From Hydrolagus colliei (Eukaryota), in contig CM068742.1 of NCBI GenBank assembly GCA_035084275.1, positions 154,566,001 to 154,630,000 of the forward strand: a stretch of DNA of 64,000 bases. Reading direction: 5' to 3'. This document shows positions 1-11,500 of this stretch, piece after piece. Under the pieces are notes generated by a model. It was given only the letters and a program-made list of their open reading frames with translations, searched no databases and was not told the origin of the DNA. Both the position numbers and the translations under genes were made by a program. The stretch's first letter is position 1; every line of letters starts with the position of its first letter.

Positions 1-400
1 TAATCCCTACCAACCCCTCGCCCCCCAATACATTGGTATCAAGCGGAGTCTAAAAGTCTGTAATTGCTCTGTCTGAAGTGAAATTGGATAGATACGTAAA
101 AAGGAAACCGAAACATTTTCAGGGCTCTGGGGTAAGAGCGGGACAGTGCGACTAGTTGGTAGATCCTGTAGCTTGGAGCACTTGCCGTGCAAGCCAGAGG
201 ACCTGTGAAGTGCTTTGAGCCGTTGAGAAGATGTGAAAACTTCTAAATTAAATGCAATTATTATTATCATTACTAGTGATGATAGAAGTAGCAGTAAATA
301 CAAGGATGATTATATATTACAGCTCTTTCAAAGAACCGGTTACAGAGACGATGTTGCAAATGGCCTTCTTCCTGCTATAAGATTCTATGATATTAAAATG
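1..400 (+). pseudogene. Intron-3 remnant of a further upstream, 3'-truncated paralog
   Basis: Matches A1 intron 3 (about 5935-6320), but no C2/TM exon follows. Confidence 0.6.
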
Positions 401-869
401 GAACCTGTAACCCCCTCACCCCCCACCCCCCTCTCACAACCCACTCATCACCCCCACCACCACCCTTCCTACAACCCCCTCCCAGGAATCTATTGGATAC
501 TCACCTTAGACTATGTGATTCCAAATTCCACTGTGGAGTGTGAGGAGGAACCTCAGGAGGAAATGATTGTTAATCCATTGGCGCTTTGCATTTCTGGGTA
601 ATAAGCTCTTAAAGAAAAAAGTTGGTCACTCAATCCATGATTGTTTATTGGACAACTGCGGTGCGCAATTGGCTGCCATACCAACAAAATATACAATCAC
701 TATTTTCCGTGATGAGCTTTGAGATGCCTCACAAACATGATAAGGTACGATAGCAAATGCAAGGATTATTATAATTTGTGTATAAATTGGCAGCTAACAG
801 GATGGTTGTATATGGAGCTCGGTCAGAAATATCAGAGAAAACAAAGACAGAGGGAGGGGAGAGAATTCC

Positions 870-1255
870 TATGAAAGTTGACAGAACTGAATCTGGGAAA
901 TATCGCCCCATTAGCCTAATCTCAATAATTTTACTTCTTAATTTTTCTATCATTGGAAAGTCAGTGGCTGATAATCACTTCCTTTCTTTAGATATAATAA
1001 TAATATCATTGACAGCCAGCACAGGTTCAGAAAAGGTACATATTGTTTGACCAAACGCATATACTGTACTTTGTTTGAGGAGGTGACAGCTCAAATTAAT
1101 TTGGGGAAGCTATATGTTGTAGCACAGCTAGATCCAGAAGACTTTCAACAAAGTGCCACAAGAAACCCAGCTTCACAAACGGTATTCACTGGATAGCAAG
1201 AGAAAGACTAGGAACTGGATTCAGAATTGGCTGAAGGGAAGGAAGCAGAGGCCTT
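870..1255 (+). mobile_element. CR1-clade LINE RT fragment (uninterrupted copy)
   Basis: Translates to GKYRPISLIS and NWIQNWLKGRKQR, which are CR1 RT motifs. Degenerate. Confidence 0.8.
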
Positions 1256-1359
1256 TGTTAGGGGAGCAATGTCGTAATATATACTGTATGCTGTTGTGCA
1301 GTGACCACTTGCCTCACAACAACTACAACAAAATGACATTTGTATACATGCCTTTCATG

Positions 1360-1660
1360 TCACAAGCAAGAGACCTGGGTTCAATTCCCAGCAGGGCGAA
1401 ATGTTGGACAAATTTTCTTACTCCACAAGCCTCTGTTTACCGAACAGTAAGGAGGAACCCAGTTGTTATTCAATTGGCGAATCACTTTTCTGGGGATGAT
1501 AAATTGTTAAAAAAACTGATAATTAATTGATCAATTCAATTGTTTGGGAGACACTGAATTGCTGAATTGTCTGCCATGATTGTCCCACAAAATACAATAG
1601 AGTCACTTTATAGTTTATTCTGTGAAGAATTTTGAGGCACCAAATGCAACGATTATTGGT
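1360..1660 (+). mobile_element. tRNA-derived SINE
   Basis: gggttcaattccc B-box and the shared SINE body. Paralogs at about 16560-16850, 32365-32460 and 50187-50285. Confidence 0.7.
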
Positions 1661-2420
1661 GATGACCTGGAGTTGTAGACCCAGTGTAAAATAGTTAAGA
1701 GAATGGGACGGTGGAAGGGTTAGTGTTGGGAAGAACAGTACAGAGGCTCAGAACAAAGCAGGCGTGGGAGGTGGAGCTCAGACAGTGACCACAGAATGAG
1801 GGGAGGATGGAAATAGAAGGGTGAACAGTTGAGTTAGTGTAAGCAGGAAAGTGAGGGGAAGTGAAGAGATGATGCTGGAAGCTGTGCTCTGTCCCTGGTA
1901 CCGTCATCCTCTGCGGGTTTTAGTGTGACCAAATAGAGAATAAGAATTGGGAAAATAGCAATAGATTATTTCTGCTAATCAGCCAGTTAGTTACAAGAGG
2001 AACATATCTAAAACCACGACAAAAAAGGAACCAAGGGGAGGTTAGAAACCCTGTCTTTACACAGAAGGGGTGCAATTGTCGAATTCAGTTACAAACAATA
2101 ATTAAGGCAAAATCCGTCAAGTCTATCAAGGGGTTTGAATAGATGTTTGAAGAGCAGATACATTAAAAGGTGTGGTGGGAGTGGGAGTGGCCCAACTCCA
2201 ACATCGGGTCCAAATCCCTAACTGTTCAGCGCCTTGGGACATCCTCCCAACATAAAAGTGCTGTAGAATGTCATGTATTTGGGATGCAAAGCTGTGGGCA
2301 ATGTAAACGAGTATTAAACTTCACCCAGTGAGTGTAACATGGGGCGAGGGCAGAGTTAGTGTTGAAACATTGCAGAGGATCAGACAAGGGTGATGTGGGG
2401 GGTGGAGCTCTGGTGGTGAC

Positions 2421-2470
2421 AAGGGAAGTGAGGGGAGGAAGGAAAGAGAGGTGTGACCAGCTGTGTCAGT
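2421..2470 (+). promoter_or_regulatory. Putative TATA-less leukocyte-type promoter element (ETS/PU.1-like purine box + E-box)
   Basis: aagggaagtgaggggaggaagg and cagctg lie 55-100 bp upstream of the ATG and are conserved in all leader-bearing copies (GGAAGT or GGAAAT variant). Motif match only. Confidence 0.3.
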
Positions 2471-2517
2471 GCGAGGCAGGCGTGCGAGGGGAAGGAGTGT
2501 GTCCTGAGTGAGGGAAG

Positions 2518-5500
2518 ATGATGCTGGGAGCTGTGCTCTGTGCCCTGGTCCTGTCAGCCTCTGCCTATCGTACGTACTTTCCAATCAGTAACTATAATAA
2601 CTGCTCACACACGATTGTCACCTCAATGCTCGATTCCGGCAACTCCCTCCTTGTCGTCCTCCTCAACTCTTCCCTCCACAAGCTGCAGATAATCCCAAAC
2701 TTTGCTGATCGTGTCCTCTTCCACACCAGGTTCTGCAACCCTATCACTCCCACCCTTGTCCGGATCCACTGAGGAGGTCTCAGAGGATTGAATTCCACAT
2801 TCACATACTCATGTACAAGACTCCCCACCTTCCTACCTCGCTGACCTGCTGATCCCCTCTCCACCTATCTGCTCTCTCCATTCAGCAAGCTCCGGCCTTC
2901 TCCATGTATCCCATCTGACCCGCCCTTCCAACTTTGGTGGGCTTGCAGACCCTCTGCTCCTATGCTTTTTGGAACTCAATTGAATAATCCCTTCACCTTG
3001 CTTCCTAACATGCCTCGTTCAAGGCTGGTCTCAAGTCCTTCCTTTTTAATTGTCCCTTAAGCTGCTATCCTATCTCATGCCAACCCTGGCCACCCAACCC
3101 ACCTCCCCCATACTTGAGTCCTGACCCCTGACTGTTCAGCGCCTTGGGACGTCCTCCTAACATGAAAGGCGCTCTACACAGGTGGTTGTTGTGGTTGTTT
3201 ACCTTTTAGTGGCATGATTACATGTGTAATGATTACAAGTGTGTGTTTGTTAACTCTGCCTCCGTTTGATTTCCCCAATCTCTCTCTGTCTTGTCTGTGT
3301 TACTTTTCGCTTGCCACTGGAGCTCTTTACTCCAAACTGATTCCCATTTTTATAGTACACCCAGACCACAACAGCGTTTTTCTTTCCACAAGCCACCTAT
3401 AATAACCCCTCCTACTTGTCACTCCCCTTCCCCCTCACTCTTAATATGCCTGCTCTTCAAACATCTATCCAATTCACTTTGATAGACTTGACGGATGATG
3501 CATGAAATCCAGTTTGTGGCAGATAATTCCACAATTCCACCCATTCTGTGTAAAGACAGGAAAACCAAAGTGTTTCCTTGTTAACTCTCTGCTTCTACTT
3601 TACCTGATTTAAGCTCCTCATAATTCCTTTTTTGAGATTGTATTAGATGTGTTCTTCTTGAGACTGTCTGCCTGATCTATTTCCGGATCTGCTAAAATTT
3701 GTTGCTATTTCCCCTGTTGTGATCTGTTGTGATATCTGGTCGCCCCAAACCTTCTCCGTTCTTCAGCCACCAATCTCTCAAATCTCTCTTCAGATCTGAA
3801 ACCCCTCATCTCTGGGAATGTGCCAATAAACTAGCATTTTGTTTTCCATTGCTGTTATATCGTTCTTACAGGGAATCCCAAACTGTCTCCCAGCTGTGGC
3901 CAAACCAAGCTCTTGTCCAAGCTCAGTGTTGCCTGTTTGCTTTTATATTGTGTTCACATTACACCATGTGTGTCCTCACAGGGCTCAGTAAGAGTAACTG
4001 GACAATGGAGACCCCTGATACAGTGACCGGCAGGTTAGGGTCACCAGTCATCATGTACTGCAAGTTCACTCACCCTCACCCCAGATACACAGGCAACATC
4101 ACCATCATGTGGAAGGGAGGCAGGAGAGGTCCTGTGTATTTTAAATATACAAACTATAGGCCAGATTCACAGGGAAAGTATCAAAATGTCATTGATGCAA
4201 ACGAGAGAGATCGATATCGAGTGATTGGGAACCCGAGGAGGAACGACGCTACAATACAGATAAACCAGCTGAGGGGAGAGGACAATAATAAGAATTTCAC
4301 CTGTCGTGTGGAGCTCCAGGATGAGGATGGAAAGTTTGAAACTGGCCCCAGAACACGTCTGTATGTTACTGGTGAGGAACGGTGGGAAGTGGGAATGAGA
4401 CGTGATGATCCTCACTGGTGCCGGAGACATATTGTGAGGGTATAGATGTGTGGAACTCTCACTGGTTTAGATATTCTTAACAATGATGACAGATTTCTCC
4501 ATGTATAACGCAAATGTCTGCCCAAATACAAGAGATTTTCTCCTTGGGTCATCACCAAAAATCCTCCATGTTTATCAGACAATGATTTGATAACCATTGA
4601 GATCTTTGATCTGAGAAAACTGACTACAAAAGTGTCACTATATTTATAGTAACCAATAGAAATAATTATTGTTGGTCATATTACATCTGATTACATTTTC
4701 TTGATATGCAGATCAATAGAATACTCTATAAAGTGAATTGACTGTATATTTTGGTGGCAAAATATGGTAGCCAATTGCATACAGCAGTTTCCCATAGATG
4801 CTCGTGGATTGAGTAACCAAAGCTTTGTTTAAGGGATTATTACCAAGCAAAGAAATATGCCAATCAAAGAAAATAATGGTTTCCTATGTACCCAGAGGTA
4901 AACAGACGTGTGTGGACAAAGGAAAATTACCCAAGGTTTCTCCCTACGCATGAATGAAGCTCAGGTTCTCTATTTTATGAGGCAAATGTGCTAAGTTGCA
5001 AGACTTATCAGAAAGAAGGTTGTTGGCGCTATTAAAAGCCAAAGTTTAATTTGTGAGACATTGCTGCCCACAATCTCAGAGAGGGTGAGTGAGGAGCACA
5101 GGCCTGAGGGAGATAGTGCCATGAAAAGCAGGAATATACAGGATGTGTAACATGTACTATGTCACACTGACTGCTCTGCACTATTCCAATCCTGTTCCTG
5201 TCTCAGGTCAAGAAGAGAAGCTCCCGTCAGTGACTGATACCAAGGGAGGTGATGCCACACTGCCCTGCTCCTTCACCAGGCCCAACACATACCAGAATCG
5301 TGCCACAGTCACAGTGATTTGGAGGAGAGGGAGGCCACAAGGGCAGGCAATTTCTAATGACACTCTTGACCTCGCCGCCCGCTCCAACCTGAGGGAGTCA
5401 GAGACAGTGAATGAAGGAAATCGCTATAACCTGGTCGGGAATGTGAGGGATGGAGACGCTTCCCTGAGGATCAGGGACCTGGAGTTAAACGACACCAACC

Positions 5501-8500
5501 GGTATTTCTGTCACGTACACGTCATGTTTATGTATGACAATCAACAACTGGACCATGTGACACAGGACACATCACGGCTGCTGGTTGTTGGTAAGAAATC
5601 TCTTGTCTCTGTGGGACATGGAAAGGGGTAAATGTCAATGTTCACGGGCGCATCATTACCGACTAGGTTTGTCTCATTCCTTACCCTGTGCCTCACGTGT
5701 TAATTAGCACAAGAAACATGTTATGAAACAGCAGAACCTTTTCCCTGGGGGGAGGGATTCTTCTCACTTGCCTCCCGTTAACACTGCAGCCAAAGTTAGG
5801 GTGATCCTAGCTGGACAAGCAGCCGGTATCTTGCCAATGACATGTGACGTAGTTGTCACAAGATCACAGGATTGGTCTGAATGAAGAAACCCCATCTAAT
5901 CTTATCCTTACTGAACCCCCCAATCACCCCCTAATCCCTACCAACCCCTCGCCCCCCAATACATTGGTATCAAGCGGAGTCTAAAAGTCTGTAATTGCTC
6001 TGTCTGAAGTGAAATTGGATAGATACGTAAAAAGGAAACCGAAACATGGGGATCTGGGGTAAGAGCGGGACAGGGCAACTAGTTGGTAGTTCCTGTAGCT
6101 TGGAGCACTTGCTGTGCAAGCCAGAGGACCTGTGAAGTGCTTTGAGTCGTGGAGATAATTAAATGCAATTATTATTATCATTACTAGTGATGATAGAAGT
6201 AGCAGTAAATACAAGGATGATTATATATTACAGCTCTTTCAAAGAACCGGTTACAGAGATGATGTTGCAAATGGCCTTCTTCCTGCTATAAGATTCTATG
6301 ATATTAAAATGGAAATATTAAATATTTGGAGATAAACATTATAAACAAAACGAAAATGTACAAGAAAAAAGCAGGCATTGAGATTAGAGCAGAAAACAAC
6401 AACAAAAAAATTACATTTGTATAGTGTCTTTCATAATGACGGGCCATCTGAAGAACACCAGTGAGTAAGCGAGTACCAGCGGGTATGATGTTGAAAGTAA
6501 TTTAATTGGAATAACTCTGTGTTTCTTTATACCCAAAGCTCCGGCCGTCATCCTGACTATGTCCCTCGTGGCCGGTGATGGAGCCGGAGGTGGCATCGTG
6601 TGCACGGCTGAGGGGGAACCACCAGCCACCATCACATGGAACGACCCCCAGAATAACACGCTGCCCATCAACACCAGCCTCACACCAGTCACACACGTAC
6701 CATACACACATCTAACCGTGGGGGAGATCTGGGGCCTGAGGCTGAGGGGAACATATCGCTGTGTAGCTGAGAACACACAGGGCAGCGACACCCGAGACAT
6801 CCTCGTCACTGCCCTACAGAGTGATGTGGACAGGGAGAGTGATGGGGACAGCGAGAGTAATGGGGACAGTAATTTGTATGTCAGGGTCTCCATTGTGGTG
6901 CTGCTTGTTCTGCTGACTGCCTTCATTGTCTGGTGGGTAAAGAGAGGTAGGTGTTTACAGACAGATGTAGTGATTATGTGGATTTGTGGATTCCTGTAGC
7001 TCAGTGGTCACTGAGTATTTGACTTACAAACATGAGACCTGCGTTCAATTACAGGCAGGGTGAAACATTTGCCAAGTTTCCTTATTCCACACGCCTGATA
7101 ATAATCACTCAAATAATCAATAATAAATTGGTCATTTCAATCTATGCATGTTTGTGGGATTTTGCTATGTGCAAGTGGCTGCCTCATTTGGCCCACAAAT
7201 ATACAGTACAGGCAATTCACTTTACAGTATATTCTGTGAAGCACTTTGAGACTTCTAGAAGATGTGAAAAGCGCTATCTCAAATGCAAGGATTATTATTA
7301 TTATTATTATTCCAAGTGAGTCCAGCTCAGCCACTCGCGCCCTCACCTCTGACTCAGCAAATATTCTGCCATATACACACACTTGGCAACCACATAATAA
7401 TAATAATAATCCTTGCATTTGATATAGCGCTGACTGTATATTTGTGGGCAAATCGCAGCAGCCAATTGCACACAACAGCGTCCCGACAAACAGTCGTGGA
7501 TTGAAATGACCCATTTTATTATCGTAGTTTTTATGGACGGATTATTATTAGGTGTGGAGTAAGGAAACTTGCCCGAGTTTTCGCCCTGACCTGCCTGGAT
7601 TCAAACACTGGTCTCCCCAACTTGGTCTCCCCAGCTTGCAAGACAAGTGCTCTAACCACTGAGCCACAGGAGCTCCACCTGGTTAAGAATAAGCAGAAGG
7701 AGAAGAAGAAAAATTCTTGCATTTGATATTGCCAACCGGTGGTATATCTGTTCAGTAACCATAGTTACAGCACACAATAGGAAGAGAACAGTTTGCCACA
7801 AGTCTTTCACTGGAATAACGTACACACTTACCAAACCAGCAAAACATCTAAAGCAATATCAAATGAAATAATGATTATTATGATGATTATTATCTCTCCC
7901 CTTGCTTTCGTCTCTTCAGGTGTCAGAGTTTTCCGCCAGCGTTCAGAGAGGTGAGTGTGTCTTTCTAATGCCTTTTACTTTCCATTGACATTCAAGTTGC
8001 AAAAGGCTATTGAGCACCATGTCTGGCAAGCTTCCTGCTTCTCTCTCCAGCTACGACCACCCTACCCATTGGGGCTTTGGCTTGCAGGGTTAATAGGATG
8101 AGTATGAGGATTCCCTGACACCAGTGGCTGGTCTTCCCTTCCAATTCTTGCCAATGAGTAGACTGGCTTTGCTGTCACCAGCAGTGCCCTAGAATATTAG
8201 ATACTCACCTGGCTCAGGAACAAGACTGAAGACCCACAGATTGTTGGCTTGAATCTGACAATCTGTTTCCAAGCATGTCACCTTGGAGCCAGAGAAGCCA
8301 AGGAAACACCGTGTAGCTTAATCTAGACAAACACCATGCACACAATCCTGTGGCCAAGCTGAGGCTTGGACTCTTCAGACAAGAGCTTTTGCCCTATGTT
8401 CTATGCCAACAATCACCTCAGTAAACCAATGATAGTTTGTGTGGAAGTTGTTGCATGAGCATTGGCTGATGTCATTCTCATCAAATGCAAAGTCATTACA

Positions 8501-11500
8501 CTTTACAGTAAATCCTGTGAAGTGCTATAAGACGTCCTCCTGATGTGAAAGACATGGTATCAAATGTGAGGATTATTAACGATAAGGTTTTATCTTCCAT
8601 CCTCTATAAAATGTAAAATGTTTTCTCTTTATTTTTTAGTTGTCAAATGGATTTGGTTGTTGACAATGACTTGGTTCAACCTCAGCTGCCTACAGGAGAC
8701 GGTAACTGTTTTGCCTCGATTAGCGTCAATTTTCACCCCATACTTTCACTAACCCGGGCTGGGTCTCAGCTTTGCTCAGCCAGTGACACTCTCACCTCTG
8801 GCACTGGGTGTCTGACCTTCAAATCCCTCCACTCCTCTGCACCCCCCTACCTGTCTAAACTCCTCTCTCCTCGAACCAGTTCCCGTTGCCTTCGCTTCAT
8901 GTCCCGTGAATCCTCCGCTCCACCCTCGGTGGCTGTGCCTGCAGCCACTATGCCCCAAGGCTCTGGAATTCCCTTCCTCACTCCCTTCATCTTGCCCCTT
9001 CTTTTCTCAGTTTCAGGTCCCATCTGAAGACCTTTCTCTTCGACCGTGCCTTTGGTCACCTTTCTCCTGCCCCTGGCTCGGTTCCGGGGTCCACTATTGT
9101 GAAGTACTCTGAGATGCCGTCCGTCGTGGAGGGCCCAATATAAATCAAAGTTGTTGTTGTTGTTGTACTCTATATACTGTACGATTTTGTTTTTTGTTGT
9201 TGGGAGGGCATCCTTGAAGTGCAGTGTTAGAAAAGAGAAAGGAGTTTCTCTGGGTGTCCAGATTAAATTGTTTATTTACTTCATGGCTCTTTGTGGGTCC
9301 ATATTGATTATTGCATTCGACAACAATAACAGTTGCCTGTCGGCCTCTCAGCCGACAGGCAACTGCCTTCCCTTTACTGGCTCACATGCCAGCACTCTAA
9401 CCTCTCAGTTAACCTCTCTGGGTCCAAGTGACAAATTAGATCCTTCCACTGACAAACATCTAGTCTAACACACCAGGGCATTGCTGGAGGAGAAGTACAT
9501 TGGCTTGCTTAAGATGAGAGATTAAACTGAGATCCCATCAATGCCTGTTGAGGAAGATGTTAAAGATCCAGTGGCTCAATTGGAAAACAAAAACCCCCGA
9601 GTGCAGACAAAATTGGTCATTCATTTCACAGTTGTTTATGAGATGTTGCTGGGTGCAAATTGGATGCCGTGTATACCAATAAATACACAGTCACTACACT
9701 TCATGGTAGCATTTGACAGTAGAAAGTGATGGGCATTAAAATACATTGACACATGAAGAAACTGAAAGCCAATGGGAAAAGTGGAGTTGGACTAAAGGGA
9801 GAGTGTTTCAGAGCCTCACAGGCATCAATGGCCTCCAACTTGGCATAAATGTTCTACTGGTATAAACAGGGCTGTAATAAGAGGGGAGCATTAGGGTCTG
9901 TCATGGGATGGCTGAGAGGGACTTTATAGAGGCTGCTGCTGCCCAGGGATATGGTAGAATGTGGCAAAGGGGAAGCTGAAGAGGGATGGAGAAGGTGCTG
10001 ACTGTTGTGTCTCTGACAGATGAAGCTGCTGTGATCTACAGCGAGGTTACCCCAGCACTGGCCAGGCAAACAGCTTCAGGTAAGAAATGTATCACACAGG
10101 GACAGATCTGGCATTGTCTCACCTCTCAACCGACCTTCTCTCTCCTGTCTGGGGTTAATTATCAGGCTGGCTCAGTTGGAAATACTCACAGTTAGATGGT
10201 TGTGGATTCAACATCCAAATTGGGTCTTTTACATATAATCTACATGAGGAACTCCACATTACCAGAGGCATCGTCCATCAGGCCCTGTTCAGGTGGATGA
10301 TAAATATCCTGTGGTACAACAACAACAATAAAATTAAACACAAAATACAACAGATGCTGCGAATCTGAAACAAAAACAAATGACATTGTATAGCGCCTTT
10401 CATGTTGGGACATCCTCCTGATGTGAAAGCCGCTGCACTATTAATACTAGTATAGCGGAGGAGGGTCTCCCCTCCAAAATCCACAAGAGTCCAGCTCATT
10501 CATAACTCTGCTGCCCGATTTCTCACCTGCACCAAACTTCGCTCCCCCATTACCCCAGTCCTTGCCAGACTTCACTGGCTCTCTATCCCAGAGAGGATCT
10601 ATTCAAGATCTTCACACTTGTCTTCAAATCCCTCCACTCATCTGCATCTCCCTATCTCTCTGACCTCCTCTCTCCCCAAACCAGTTCCCATTGCCTTTGC
10701 TCCACAAGATCTGGCCTCCTCCATGTCCCGTGAATCCTCCGCTCCACCCTCGACGGCCGTGCCTTCAGCCGCTATAGCCCAAGGCTCTGGAATTCCCTTC
10801 CTCACTCCCTTAGCCTCGCCCCCTTTTTTCTCAGCTTCAGGCCCCAGCTGAAGACCTTTCTCTTCGACTGTGCCTTTGGTCACCTTTTTACTGGCCCTGG
10901 CTCGGTCCCGGGATCCACTATTGTGAATTGCTCTGAGATGCCGTCCGTCGTGCAGGGCCCAATATAAATCAAAGTTGTTGTTGTTGTTGTACTATATATA
11001 CTGTACAATTTTGTTTTTTGTTGTTGGGAGGGCATCCTTGAAGTGTAGTGTTAGAAAAGAGAAAGGAGTTTCTCTGGGTGTCCAGATTAAATTGTTTATT
11101 TACTTCATGGCTCTTTGTGGGTCCATATTGATTGTCGCATTCGACAACAATAACAGCAACAACAATAAAATTACATATGTGTGGCGCCTTTAATGTCAGG
11201 AGGACATCCCATGGTGCTGGACAGTTACTGCTTCAGACCTGAGCAGAGCACAGGTCTGGGCGGGGGGGAAGGAGTTGTCGGTGAGTCTATCGAAGAGGAG
11301 ATTCTTGAATCGAGACTTGAAAGAGTACAGTCGGGGGGGCGAGGTGGAGGAGCTTCGGGATGGAGTTCCAGAGGTTGGGGTTAGAGTGATTGAAGGCTCA
11401 ACAAATCCAGTCGCAACATAACACAGTGAATCCTGTCAAATGCTATCAGATGTACTACGATATGTTTTGACAATGTGATCGCACCACTTTGCTGTGTCCT

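Noticed and set aside
233-601. 122-aa ORF with a Pro/His-rich stretch
   Set aside because: Composed of intron-3 homologous sequence and a C-rich low-complexity tract, with no recognisable domain or splice context.
3729-3981. N-terminal extensions of the V1 and V2 ORFs (for example the 238-aa ORF start, and MCNMY... in V2)
   Set aside because: Open intronic sequence upstream of clear splice acceptors. The true N-terminus is the 52-nt leader exon.
5310-5316. CACAGTG heptamer in V2 exons, suggesting a V(D)J recombination signal or antigen-receptor locus
   Set aside because: It lies inside coding sequence, has no nonamer at 12 or 23 bp, and no D/J segments are present. The V exons end in ordinary splice donors.
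6996-7070. tRNA-like sequences (A and B boxes) at several sites
   Set aside because: They are SINE heads continuing into a shared body and (ATT)n tail, with no complete cloverleaf. They are not tRNA genes.
9151-9468. Hydrophobic ORF MLLLLYSIYCTILFFVV... repeated in each unit
   Set aside because: It starts in a (TTG)n L2 tail within intron 6. It recurs only because of the segmental duplication, and the downstream frame is not conserved.
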